A DNA stretch of 64,000 nt from a bacterium (GTDB lineage: Bacteria; Patescibacteriota; Saccharimonadia; Saccharimonadales; UBA4665). Each line of letters opens with the position of its first letter. Positions within the stretch are counted from its first letter, which is position 1. Below are positions 1-8,995 of this stretch, in pieces. A program made the translations under genes and the position numbers. The notes beneath the pieces were generated by a model. It saw only the letters and a list, made by a program, of their open reading frames with translations. It did no database searches and was not told where the DNA came from. Where the stretch lies: the NCBI GenBank assembly GCA_021790005.1, contig JAJYIP010000001.1:50623-114622 (forward strand), read 5' to 3'.

Positions 1-3000
1 ACCAAGGCAGCTAAACTCGGCAAGGCCGACTATGTGCACTTGCACAACCATACGCATTTCAGCGTATTAGACGGTTTGAGCAAAATTGGACCGATGGTTG
101 ATCAGGTCAAAGCTATGGGCATGCAAGCTGTTGCCATAACCGATCATGGCACAATGAGCGGTGTGATTGAATTTTATAAGCTAGCCAAAGAGAAAGGTGT
201 TAAGCCGATTATTGGCATGGAAACATACATGGCCGCTCGTAGCCATACGGATAAGGAAGCCACAAAAGACAAGCCTAATTACCACATGACACTTCTAGCC
301 ATGAACAATCAGGGGTATAAAAACCTGATGCGCTTGTCGTCGATCGCTAATTTAGACGGATTTTACTATCGGCCTAGGATAGATTTTGAACTCTTAAGTC
401 AGTACGGCGACGGTCTGATAGTGCTCAGTGGCTGTATTGGCGGTGAAGTGGCCGATGCGCTCAGGAATAACCAGGACGCGGCGGCTGAGAAAATTGCCCA
501 ACGCTACAAAGCAGTCTTTAAGGATCGTTATTACATAGAAATTCAAGATCACGGTCATCCCGAACATCCAAGCAAATGGATTGAACAGGAAAACGTCAAC
601 CACAAGCTGCTTAACTTAGGCAAGAAACTTAATATACCTTGTGTTTTAACATGCGATGCCCACTATTTAAGCCATGATGATAAGGAAGCCCACGAAATCC
701 TACTGTGTGTACAAACCGGAGCCTACTTAAGTGATACAGACAGAATGACTCTGGCGGATTTTGATCTTCACCTAACTGACCCGGATGAAGTAATAAACCG
801 TTGGGGTAAGGATTATCCAGAAGTCATTGCTAATACCAAACGTATAGCCGATCGCTGTGAGGTTGAAATTGAACTTGGCAAAATATTAATTCCGCAGTTT
901 CCCGTACCTGATGGAGGCAATGAAAGAGAGTATTTGGAGAAACTGGTATATAACGGTTTGGCGGTTAAATATGCCGGCGTCAGTCCTGTCGATGCCGATA
1001 AATTAAGTGTGACAAATAGCGCCAAGCTTTTGCCGGAAAACGTTAAAAATCGGGTGCGTTATGAACTGGAAGTCATCAGTACCATGGGTTTTCAGGGCTA
1101 CTTTTTAATTATTCACGATTTTATAACTTGGGGTAGGAGTCAGGGTATCGTCTTTGGTCCCGGACGGGGCAGTGCAGCCGGTTCGATTGTCTCTTACGGA
1201 CTTGGTATTACTCTACTAGACCCGATTAAATATGACCTGCTGTTTGAAAGGTTTCTGAACCCTGATCGCATCAGTATGCCCGATGTAGACATAGATATTA
1301 TGGATACTAGGCGTAATGAAGTGATTGCCTATTGTGCCGAAAAATACGGTCACGACCGGGTGGCTAATATTGTGACTTTTGGTACGATGGCGGCTCGTAA
1401 TGCTGTTCGGGATGTTGCTCGGGTGTTGCAAGTTCCATATTCTGAGGCTGACCGTCTGGCCAAGATGATTCCGCCACCCATCCAAGGCCGACATACGCCT
1501 TTAAAAACCTCGCTAATCGAAGACATTGATTTGAGGCGAGAATACGAGACCAGCCCGATGGCAAAACGGGTATTCGATCTGGCTATTAAGCTTGAAGGCA
1601 CCATTCGGTCACATGGTGTTCATGCTGCCGGAGTAGTGATCGCTCCTGATGAAATTGTCAAGTTTGCTCCTTTAGAAATGGCACAAAAAGGCGTGGTGGC
1701 AACACAATATGCCATGGGTCCAATCGAAGATCTAGGGTTATTAAAAATGGATTTCCTGGGCTTAAGTAATCTAACGATTATTAAGAACACGCTAAGAATA
1801 ATAAAGAAGGTATATGGCGTTGACATAGACATAGATAATTTGCCACTGGATGATCATGAGACTTTCGCACTATTCCAAAAAGGCGATACGACTGGCGTGT
1901 TTCAGTTTGAATCTGCCGGCATGAAACGTTACCTTAAACAGTTGCAGCCGACAGTATTTGAAGACATTATAGCTATGAATGCCCTTTACCGACCGGGTCC
2001 AATGCAGTTCATTGAAGATTTTATACTACGAAAACGTGGTGAGCGTAAAATTGTTTATCCACACGACAGTATGTCCAATGTGCTCGAGAATACCTATGGC
2101 GTACTGTTATACCAGGAACAGGTCATGCAAATCAGCAAAGAAGTTTGCGGCTTTAGTGGCGGTGAAGCCGACACTCTGCGTAAGGCCATAGGCAAAAAGA
2201 AGATAGATATGATGCGCAAGATGCGCCAACGGATGATTGAAGGTGCCAAAAAAGTCTCTGGCATTGAAGAGTCGACGATGCAAAGATTCTGGCAGCAACT
2301 CGAAGATTTTGCGGCCTATTGTTTCAATAAGTCGCACTCAGCTTGTTATGCCATGATTGCCTTTCAGACGGCTTACCTAAAAGCCCATTATCCAGCGGCG
2401 TTCATGGCGGCTTTGATGACATCGGATTATGATGACACGGAACGTCTGGCGATCGAGATCAATGAGTGTCAAAAAATGAATTTGCCGGTGCTACCTCCGG
2501 ATATCAACGAATCATTTAATGAATTTGCCATAATTACCGACAAGCCAAAGACCGCTATAAGGTTTGGATTGACAGCTATTAAGAACGTGGGCAGTAATGC
2601 CGTAGAAGAAATCCTAAGAGCCCGTGATGAGCGCGGACCGTTTATGAGCCTGGAAGACTTTTTAATCCGAGTTGATTATCATGCCGTCAACCGAAAATCA
2701 CTCGAAAGCCTGATTAAGGCTGGTGTCTTTGATCGTTTCCACGACCGCCAGCAACTGCTCGACAGTTTGGATTTGATTATCGCTTTTGCCTCCAAAGCTC
2801 AAAAACAGGCCAGCAGCGGACAGACGGACCTGTTCGGTAATGCCGTCGCTGCTCACGACGTCAGAGTCAATCTGAATTTGCCCCCACTCACCGACGAGCG
2901 GCATATAACCCGTGAACAGTTAATGTGGGAGCGAGAACTGCTAGGCCTTTATTTATCCCAGCATCCACTGAATCTTTATGAGAACATCCTTAGCGAACAA

Positions 3001-3651
3001 ACAGTACCACTCAAAGAGCTTAGCAAGGACCATGATGGGATGAGCGTGCAGGCTGGGGGTATCATCACCGCAGTTAGAGAAATTCTGACTAAAAATGGTC
3101 AAAAAATGGCTTTTGTTAAGATTGAAGACTTAAGTGGCGAATTGGAGCTGATTCTGTTTCCAACCAGCTATCAACAGACCCTAGGTTTGTGGGAAGTCGA
3201 CCGGGTTATATTGACGCGTGGCAAGATATCCTCTAAAGACCGTGACGGTAATCAAGGCGATGAAATTAAAATTATGGTTGATGATGCCAGGGAGATAACC
3301 CCAGAACAGGCAGCCGCCTATCAGCTAACCAACAAGAAGCAAAAAGTACCTAAGCCTCGCAAAAAACCGAATACTGCACTGACTATGCCTGGACCTGGCG
3401 CTAAAGGGGTCGTTGATTTGCCGACAGTTGAACGTCTGTACCTTCGCTTAAACGATTCCAGTGACCAGACACTGCTTATGAACTTAAAACAAACGATTGA
3501 CGCATATACAGGCAGCACGGAAGTTGTCTTAGTGCTTGGTGGTGAAGAAAATCGTCAAATTATAAAATTACCGGCCGGTATAGATACCCAAACTGCTGGT
3601 ATAGAACGACTCAAATCCATTATGGGTAACGACAACGTAGCCATCAGATAA
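1..3651 (+). CDS. dnaE: DNA polymerase III alpha subunit DnaE (5' end probably outside the window)
   Basis: ORF track 34..3651 (1205 aa). PHP-domain N-terminus (Y)VHLHNHTHFSVLDG followed by the polymerase core. The frame stays open back to nt 1 with no start codon before GTG-34, and GTG-34 would cut the conserved aromatic-VHLH motif, so the true start is probably upstream of the window. Confidence 0.95.
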   Translation, partial: TKAAKLGKADYVHLHNHTHFSVLDGLSKIGPMVDQVKAMGMQAVAITDHGTMSGVIEFYKLAKEKGVKPIIGMETYMAARSHTDKEATKDKPNYHMTLLAMNNQGYKNLMRLSSIANLDGFYYRPRIDFELLSQYGDGLIVLSGCIGGEVADALRNNQDAAAEKIAQRYKAVFKDRYYIEIQDHGHPEHPSKWIEQENVNHKLLNLGKKLNIPCVLTCDAHYLSHDDKEAHEILLCVQTGAYLSDTDRMTLADFDLHLTDPDEVINRWGKDYPEVIANTKRIADRCEVEIELGKILIPQFPVPDGGNEREYLEKLVYNGLAVKYAGVSPVDADKLSVTNSAKLLPENVKNRVRYELEVISTMGFQGYFLIIHDFITWGRSQGIVFGPGRGSAAGSIVSYGLGITLLDPIKYDLLFERFLNPDRISMPDVDIDIMDTRRNEVIAYCAEKYGHDRVANIVTFGTMAARNAVRDVARVLQVPYSEADRLAKMIPPPIQGRHTPLKTSLIEDIDLRREYETSPMAKRVFDLAIKLEGTIRSHGVHAAGVVIAPDEIVKFAPLEMAQKGVVATQYAMGPIEDLGLLKMDFLGLSNLTIIKNTLRIIKKVYGVDIDIDNLPLDDHETFALFQKGDTTGVFQFESAGMKRYLKQLQPTVFEDIIAMNALYRPGPMQFIEDFILRKRGERKIVYPHDSMSNVLENTYGVLLYQEQVMQISKEVCGFSGGEADTLRKAIGKKKIDMMRKMRQRMIEGAKKVSGIEESTMQRFWQQLEDFAAYCFNKSHSACYAMIAFQTAYLKAHYPAAFMAALMTSDYDDTERLAIEINECQKMNLPVLPPDINESFNEFAIITDKPKTAIRFGLTAIKNVGSNAVEEILRARDERGPFMSLEDFLIRVDYHAVNRKSLESLIKAGVFDRFHDRQQLLDSLDLIIAFASKAQKQASSGQTDLFGNAVAAHDVRVNLNLPPLTDERHITREQLMWERELLGLYLSQHPLNLYENILSEQTVPLKELSKDHDGMSVQAGGIITAVREILTKNGQKMAFVKIEDLSGELELILFPTSYQQTLGLWEVDRVILTRGKISSKDRDGNQGDEIKIMVDDAREITPEQAAAYQLTNKKQKVPKPRKKPNTALTMPGPGAKGVVDLPTVERLYLRLNDSSDQTLLMNLKQTIDAYTGSTEVVLVLGGEENRQIIKLPAGIDTQTAGIERLKSIMGNDNVAIR

Positions 3652-3662
3652 TAACGCTGCCG
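3582..3662. repeat. Direct repeat copy A (functional 3' end of dnaE plus 11 nt)
   Basis: Aligns by eye with 4577..4658 at about 73 of 82 columns identical. The two share a 27-nt perfect core, atagaacgactcaaatccattatgggt. Confidence 0.85.
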
Positions 3663-3739
3663 CTGCTGGTATTGACGGTTCGGCTGGGTATATTAAGGTC
3701 ATTAATAGCGATCATGCCTGTTCTAATGCCTTAGTCGTT

Positions 3740-3813
3740 TGACTGTTTTTATGATTAAACCTGTTTTTCTATCAATAACCCTTACTATAGCTAAGCTGCC
3801 ATAAAAACAGTCA
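3740..3813. repeat. 13-bp inverted repeat (tgactgtttttat / ataaaaacagtca) separated by 48 nt
   Basis: Read directly from the sequence. 3741-3752 gactgtttttat is the exact reverse complement of 3801-3812 ataaaaacagtc, and the flanking t/a pair extends the match to 13 bp. It lies inside the AT-rich insert downstream of dnaE. Confidence 0.6.
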
Positions 3814-3928
3814 GATAAACTTCAATTGTTTCTCGCTTATGACGTCGGGTCATTGCACCCAATTAAACCAATTAGTCAGCTGCTAGAATAGACTCAGTTA
3901 GTCTGAGTGGAGTGAGACACTTAACTAA

Positions 3929-4192
3929 CTATTTCTTATAAACATCTTTTCTATGCTGAACCAATAAAATCACAATATTATTGCCCTCAATATCGAAAAG
4001 AACTCTATAATTACCTACTCTATATCTATACTGAGCATCAGCTGGTTTTGTCAAAGCCTTCGCATAGATCAAAGGATCTTTCTGGCTCCCGAAGAATTCA
4101 AGTTTTACTTTTAGTCTTTTTTTAATTTGTGGTGTAAGTTGTTGTATTGATTTAACAGCAGGCTTTTTATAAACAAGCTTAAATTTTGCCAT
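3929..4192 (-). CDS. RelE/ParE family type II toxin
   Basis: 87 aa. Typical RelE/ParE layout (KLVYKKPAVKSIQQL..., YRYRVGNYRVLFDIEGNNIVILLVQHRKDVYK). Its start overlaps the antitoxin stop in an ATGA-type junction. Confidence 0.85.
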   Translation of the reverse strand: MAKFKLVYKKPAVKSIQQLTPQIKKRLKVKLEFFGSQKDPLIYAKALTKPADAQYRYRVGNYRVLFDIEGNNIVILLVQHRKDVYKK

Positions 4193-4434
4193 TAAATATC
4201 TCCAAATACCTCGTCATGACTAAAATAGTCTTTACTATAACGGGCTTCCTTTATAGCGCTGAGGTAGGATGGGTCGGCTACGGCTAATAAGTCTTCCAGT
4301 CTATCAAGATCTATGATAGCTCTTTCTTTTTTACCGCGTCGTGTAACAATCAATATTTCATCATGTTCAATAGCATCAAGTGAGTCCGCAAGGTTACCCC
4401 TTAACTCGGATACGGAAAGTGTTTTAGTACCCAT
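4192..4434 (-). CDS. Phd/YefM family type II antitoxin
   Basis: 80 aa. N-terminus TLSVSELRGNLADSLDAIEHDEILIVTRRGK is typical of Phd/YefM. It sits upstream of the toxin and is translationally coupled to it. A GAAAGGA Shine-Dalgarno lies about 8 nt before the ATG. Confidence 0.85.
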   Translation of the reverse strand: MGTKTLSVSELRGNLADSLDAIEHDEILIVTRRGKKERAIIDLDRLEDLLAVADPSYLSAIKEARYSKDYFSHDEVFGDI

Positions 4435-4456
4435 AAACAGATCCTTTCAATAATAT

Positions 4457-4471
4457 TACAATTCAATTGTA
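4457..4471 (-). promoter_or_regulatory. Palindromic candidate operator of the TA operon (TACAATT-c-AATTGTA)
   Basis: Perfect 7+1+7 palindrome 23-37 nt upstream of the antitoxin ATG. Type II TA operons are classically autoregulated through such palindromes. Confidence 0.45.
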
Positions 4472-4576
4472 CACTTAAGACGTATTTCGGCCAAGTACGT
4501 ATATAGTAAATATCTTTAGGATGACAGTCTACTTCTAGATCAAACGCTTGGACTCTAGATAGCACTTTCCCGGGCC

Positions 4577-4658
4577 AGATACTCAAACTGCCGGCATAGA
4601 ACGACTCAAATCCATTATGGGTCACGATTAGCGTAGCTATCAGATAATAACGATGCCG
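4577..4658. repeat. Direct repeat copy B (decayed duplicate of the dnaE 3' end)
   Basis: Reads ...TAGIERLKSIMGHD-stop in the dnaE frame. It has one extra base relative to copy A. It overlaps the 3' end of the convergent membrane-protein gene. Confidence 0.85.
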
Positions 4659-5038
4659 TTATGAGCCAATATCATACCGGCGGTGGCCAATATGATAAGT
4701 GCAATATCCAGAAAAGGATGTTTGGCGGCGAAGTCTTCGCCTTCAACTAAAACCTTACGCCAGGCAAACGCATTTCTGAGTAAGAAGACCGATAGGGCTA
4801 TGGCGCCGATCAAGGATTCCAGTACGACGCCAAAGTAGTTATTGGCAGACAGGCTGATATAACCGGATTGGACGTGATGGTTTTGCCATAATGCATCTAT
4901 CATGAAGCCAGCTCCAACGATACCAACAACCGGTATGTATGGCCAGTAGGTTTTTAAGTAGTTTTTGGAGTGCCGGTGGTGGCCGGCCTTGACTTTCTTT
5001 TGTAATGTTCCCGGTCGGGGTTTAGTAGTTAATGCCAT
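4640..5038 (-). CDS. Hypothetical small membrane protein (about 3 predicted TM segments)
   Basis: 132-aa ORF with a basic N-terminus followed by hydrophobic stretches (IPVVGIVGAGFMIDAL, VLESLIGAIALSVFLL, LDIALIILATAGMILA). I recognise no family. Confidence 0.6.
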   Translation of the reverse strand: MALTTKPRPGTLQKKVKAGHHRHSKNYLKTYWPYIPVVGIVGAGFMIDALWQNHHVQSGYISLSANNYFGVVLESLIGAIALSVFLLRNAFAWRKVLVEGEDFAAKHPFLDIALIILATAGMILAHNGIVII

Positions 5039-5060
5039 ATTTTGTTTTTAAGCTCAAGCA

Positions 5061-5564
5061 TTACTTTAGCATATTTACTAAATAAAACAGAGCCATGCCG
5101 CCGGCTACCGCGACGTTAAAGGATTCTTTGGTGCCTAGCATGGGAATTTCGGCTATCGTGTCAGCGGCACTTAACAGTTCAGAGTTGACGCCTGCAGCTT
5201 CGTTACCGACTATCAAGCAAACCGGTCGGTCTGGCTTAAAACTGGTAAGGCTGATGCTATTGGCAGCTTGCTCAAGTGCCAAGATGCAAGTATTCTGGGC
5301 CTTAAGCTGGTTAACGATTACAAGAGCGTTTGGGTAATAGCTCCAGACTTGACTGGACTCCGCTCCCAAAGCAGTTTTTTTAATCCGCCGATTAACTTTA
5401 GCTGCCAGATGCGGTAGGCGGTGGTCGTTGGGCATTAGAGGATACGGTGTATAGCCGCAAAGATAGACTTCTTTAATGCCGAGTCCCTCAGCCGTTCTAA
5501 GTAGAGAACCGACGTTAAGACTGCTACGGACATTATCTAAGAGTAAGTAAATATCCGGTTTCAT
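5061..5564 (-). CDS. SpoU/TrmH family RNA 2'-O-methyltransferase
   Basis: 167 aa. SPOUT motifs NVGSLLRTAEGLG, LIVGNEAAGV and IPMLGTKESFNVAVAGGMALF. Confidence 0.85.
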   Translation of the reverse strand: MKPDIYLLLDNVRSSLNVGSLLRTAEGLGIKEVYLCGYTPYPLMPNDHRLPHLAAKVNRRIKKTALGAESSQVWSYYPNALVIVNQLKAQNTCILALEQAANSISLTSFKPDRPVCLIVGNEAAGVNSELLSAADTIAEIPMLGTKESFNVAVAGGMALFYLVNMLK

Positions 5565-5594
5565 GTATATATAATATATTACCTAAAGACGCTC

Positions 5595-7223
5595 ATGCTT
5601 TATACTCTAATAAGTATGAGTAATGATCCGCGATTCAACGAAGAACAGGCAACCCAACAAAGAGCCCGTTTACTAGGCTTTGATTATGTCGATACGTCTG
5701 GTATTGACAACAAACAATTATTTAAGCACGTACTGGAAGTTACGGAAATGCGCTCACTGAGAATTGTACCGCTACGCGCTGACAGTCAAAATAACGTGTT
5801 TGGAATTACGACTACCACGCCGCAGTCTTCCATTCGTAGCATTAGCCAGCGTTTTCTTGATCAGCGCAATGCCTTTGTACTGATTTCTGACAGCGGCTTT
5901 AACGAGTATATGCGTTTGTTTGATCCGCCTAAGCCAGTTGTTTACCAGGATATCCAGATTAAGGATACTGGCAGTGCGCAGTTGATCGCTAGTATATCTA
6001 AAATTCTAGGTGAAGTTAGAGCTGATGACATGTTGGCTTATCTAGTCGCTCAGGCTCACCGGCTTAATGCCAGCGATATCCATATTGAGACTCAAGCTGA
6101 AGATATCCGTATCAGATTTAGAATTGACGGAGTACTGCACATCATTGCCCAGATAACCCCGGACAAATACCGGGTGTTAATGTCGGCTATTGCCTCGGCT
6201 GGCAATATATCTACCAGTTCCAAGGAGGCCCAGCAGGGCCATATTGCCCAAAAAGTTACGATGGCGGATAACTCCATAGTTGATGTCAACGTCCGTCTCA
6301 TGACCGTACCGACAATAAACGGGATTGATGTGGTTATGCGTTTATTTAATATGGATGCTGAGCGCTACAGTTTGGACCGTTTGGGCTTATCTGACAAAGA
6401 AAGACAGGTGGTGGATAAGATTATCGCCCAGCCGAGCGGTTTAGTAATGGCTGTCGGTCCGACCGGTTCCGGTAAAACCACGACCCTTTATTCAATCTTA
6501 AATAGTTTAAATAACGAAACCAGAAAAATAATTACAATTGAAGATCCGGTTGAATACCAGATTAAAGGTTTGACCCAGATCAGCGTTAACACTAATGATC
6601 AAGATGACCGGCCGTTATTTGCTGAACAGTTAAGAGCGGTGCTGCGGCTCGATCCGGATATTGTGATGGTTGGCGAGGTGAGAGATAACGATACGGCCAA
6701 AACCGCTTTGCAGGCTTCGCTAACCGGGCATTTAGTCTTAACCACCTTTCATGCCAGCAGTGCGGCCGCTGCCTTGACCAGACTGGCGGATATAATCGGC
6801 CAGAACCCCTTATTTGTTTCATCGGTACGTCTGATCATGGCCCAGCGTCTGGTGCGACGCCTGGACGATAGTCTAAAGCAGGCATATGAGCCGTCGCCAT
6901 CCGAAATGCAACTTATCCAAAAAGTCATAGAAACCATACCCGATCCGGCCCAAAGGCCATCGCTCGAAGGTCTTAAGTTATTTAGTCCTGGCAGTAGCGA
7001 GGCTAATCCTTACGGATTTAGTGGCCAGTTGGCAATCAGGGAGCAGCTGCTAATGACCGATCGGGTAATAGCTGTCATTACTCAGCCCGAGAGAGTTATC
7101 AGTACAGCGGATATTGAAACAGCAGCCGTACAGGACGGAATGGTTAGCATATTGCAAGACGCCATGCTTAAGGTTATCGCTGGTCAGACTACCTTGACAG
7201 AAATTTATCGGGTTTTAGGTTAG
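5595..7223 (+). CDS. GspE/PilB family type II/IV secretion (type IV pilus assembly) ATPase
   Basis: 542 aa. Walker A GPTGSGKTTT, Asp box IITIEDPVEY, Walker B and His box PDIVMVGEVRD...TGHLVLTTFHA. Confidence 0.9.
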   Translation: MLYTLISMSNDPRFNEEQATQQRARLLGFDYVDTSGIDNKQLFKHVLEVTEMRSLRIVPLRADSQNNVFGITTTTPQSSIRSISQRFLDQRNAFVLISDSGFNEYMRLFDPPKPVVYQDIQIKDTGSAQLIASISKILGEVRADDMLAYLVAQAHRLNASDIHIETQAEDIRIRFRIDGVLHIIAQITPDKYRVLMSAIASAGNISTSSKEAQQGHIAQKVTMADNSIVDVNVRLMTVPTINGIDVVMRLFNMDAERYSLDRLGLSDKERQVVDKIIAQPSGLVMAVGPTGSGKTTTLYSILNSLNNETRKIITIEDPVEYQIKGLTQISVNTNDQDDRPLFAEQLRAVLRLDPDIVMVGEVRDNDTAKTALQASLTGHLVLTTFHASSAAAALTRLADIIGQNPLFVSSVRLIMAQRLVRRLDDSLKQAYEPSPSEMQLIQKVIETIPDPAQRPSLEGLKLFSPGSSEANPYGFSGQLAIREQLLMTDRVIAVITQPERVISTADIETAAVQDGMVSILQDAMLKVIAGQTTLTEIYRVLG

Positions 7224-8359
7224 ACGATAATCCGAGCGATAGCGCTAACTAGACGAGGATCGTCAATGGATGGCACTATATTATCAAAATCCGGCTTTTC
7301 AACTAGTGCGGCAATTGTTTCGGCGGCAGCTTGTTTATGCTTTTCACTGATGCGGTTGACGTGATTGTCCAGTGCGCCCCGAAAAATTCCTGGGAAAGCC
7401 AAGGCGTTATTAACTTGGTTTGGATAATCGCTTCGACCAGTGGCTACGACGGCGGCACCGGCTTTTTTAGCTAATTCTGGTTTAATTTCCGGATCAGGAT
7501 TGGCCATGGCAAAAATAATTGCCTGTTTATTCATGGATCTAACCATGTCTTGACTTAGTATGTCAGGACTGGAGACGCCAATAAAAATATCCGCCCCTTT
7601 TATGGCTTCTTTCAGACCACCATTCAACTGGATTGGATCGGACAGTTTGAGCAGGGTCAATTTACTTTCATTTAAGTCCTGGCGTTTATTACTAATAATT
7701 CCCTTAGAATCCACCGCCGTCAATTTAATAGCTGGAGCGTATTCTTTAACTAGTTTAGCGATGGCTACACCGGCCGCTCCCGCACCGACGATTGTTGCCC
7801 GCGATGTGTTTAGATCTCGGCCGGTTACTTTAGCCGCATTGATCAAGCCTGCTAGAGTCACGATGGCTGTCCCGTGTTGGTCGTCGTGCATCACTGGAAT
7901 GGGCAGTTCTTCGATTAAACGGCGCTCGACCTCAAAGCAAATTGGAGCCGCAATATCCTCTAAGTTGATGCCTCCAAAACTCGTTGCAATTGCTTTGACG
8001 GCCGCCACGATTTCGTCAGCGCTATGGACATTTAATACGATTGGTACGGCATTGATCATAGCGAAGTGTCGAAACAGTAGAGCCTTGCCTTCCATGACCG
8101 GCATTGCCCCTTCCGGCCCGATATTACCGAGTCCAAGCACGGCTGAGCCGTCGCTAACCACTGCTACGGTATTTCCAGTCCAGGTGTAGTCCCTTAGTAG
8201 AGCCTTATTGTCAGCTACTTTCATGCTGACGGCAGCGACGCCGGGTGTGTAATATAGTTTTAATTTTTCCAGACTATCCAGCTTGTCATTAAGCTCGATA
8301 TGAATCTTGCCTTTGTTCTGCTTATGTATACTCAATGCTTCGTTAGCGTAATCTACCAT
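7220..8359 (-). CDS. NAD(P)-dependent malic enzyme (short form, no PTA domain)
   Basis: 379 aa. YTPGVA, VVSDGSAVLGLGNIGPEGAMPVMEGKALLF, DDQHGTAIV and a GAGAAG Rossmann motif. Confidence 0.9.
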   Translation of the reverse strand: MVDYANEALSIHKQNKGKIHIELNDKLDSLEKLKLYYTPGVAAVSMKVADNKALLRDYTWTGNTVAVVSDGSAVLGLGNIGPEGAMPVMEGKALLFRHFAMINAVPIVLNVHSADEIVAAVKAIATSFGGINLEDIAAPICFEVERRLIEELPIPVMHDDQHGTAIVTLAGLINAAKVTGRDLNTSRATIVGAGAAGVAIAKLVKEYAPAIKLTAVDSKGIISNKRQDLNESKLTLLKLSDPIQLNGGLKEAIKGADIFIGVSSPDILSQDMVRSMNKQAIIFAMANPDPEIKPELAKKAGAAVVATGRSDYPNQVNNALAFPGIFRGALDNHVNRISEKHKQAAAETIAALVEKPDFDNIVPSIDDPRLVSAIARIIV

Positions 8360-8521
8360 CGATTTAGTATATAACTCTAGGCTTAAAAAATCTTTACATG
8401 CTGGATTGATTATTTAGTTATGTTATTGGCAAGTCGGTACCTAGAGGTACACAACAAAAGAATAATTTATAGCATAAAACTCCTTGCAATAAAGAGTTAA
8501 ATAGGATAGTCTATTACGGAT

Positions 8522-8974
8522 ATGTCAAGGGCTATTGAGGAACTAAACCAGTTGCAAAAAAAAGAACACGTTGTCGATGTTAAAAGCGGCGACACTGTGC
8601 GGGTGCATCAAAAAATCAAAGAAGGCAATAAGGAAAGAGTCCAGATCTTTCAAGGATTAGTTATCCGAACCGATAACAAAGGTGGACATCTCAGCCGTAT
8701 TACCGTCAGGCGTATATCCAGTGGAGTAGGGGTTGAGAAAAGCTTTTTGCTGCATAGTCCGTTGGTTGTCAAAGTTGAAATAACCAAGCGCAGTAAAGTC
8801 AGACGCAATTATTTATCTTACATGCGTGAGCGTACCGGTAAGGCCGCCCGTTTAAGTGGTGTGGATTTTGATCGTCAGGCGGTCAATACCTTGCCCGAAC
8901 CAAAAGCAGTTGTTACTACTACAGCCGAAACTAAAACGAGCGAAGACCAGACCCCGGTTGAAGCTAAAGCTTAA
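8522..8974 (+). CDS. rplS: 50S ribosomal protein L19 (with a C-terminal extension of about 35 aa)
   Basis: 150 aa. GDTVRVHQKIKEGNKERVQIFQGLVI...RRISSGVGVEKSF...SPLV. Confidence 0.95.
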   Translation: MSRAIEELNQLQKKEHVVDVKSGDTVRVHQKIKEGNKERVQIFQGLVIRTDNKGGHLSRITVRRISSGVGVEKSFLLHSPLVVKVEITKRSKVRRNYLSYMRERTGKAARLSGVDFDRQAVNTLPEPKAVVTTTAETKTSEDQTPVEAKA

Positions 8975-8995
8975 ATAAGCAAGGCAGATTATTAA

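Noticed and set aside
3747-3766. A 17-nt exact match (ttttatgattaaacctg) between the TA insert and the start of the orphan gene at 50342-50358. It hints at a shared MIKP... N-terminus.
   Set aside because: A single 17-mer match in 64 kb of AT-rich sequence, counting both strands, is close to chance expectation. The similarity does not extend on either side.
4401-4625. 74-aa minus-strand ORF upstream of the antitoxin.
   Set aside because: It spans the TA promoter and operator region and the decayed dnaE 3' repeat. It overlaps the antitoxin start and has no Shine-Dalgarno, so it is most likely spurious.
7560-8189. 209-aa plus-strand ORF.
   Set aside because: It lies entirely antisense to the well-supported malic enzyme gene, has an Ala/Ser/Pro-biased composition typical of shadow ORFs, and has no motif.
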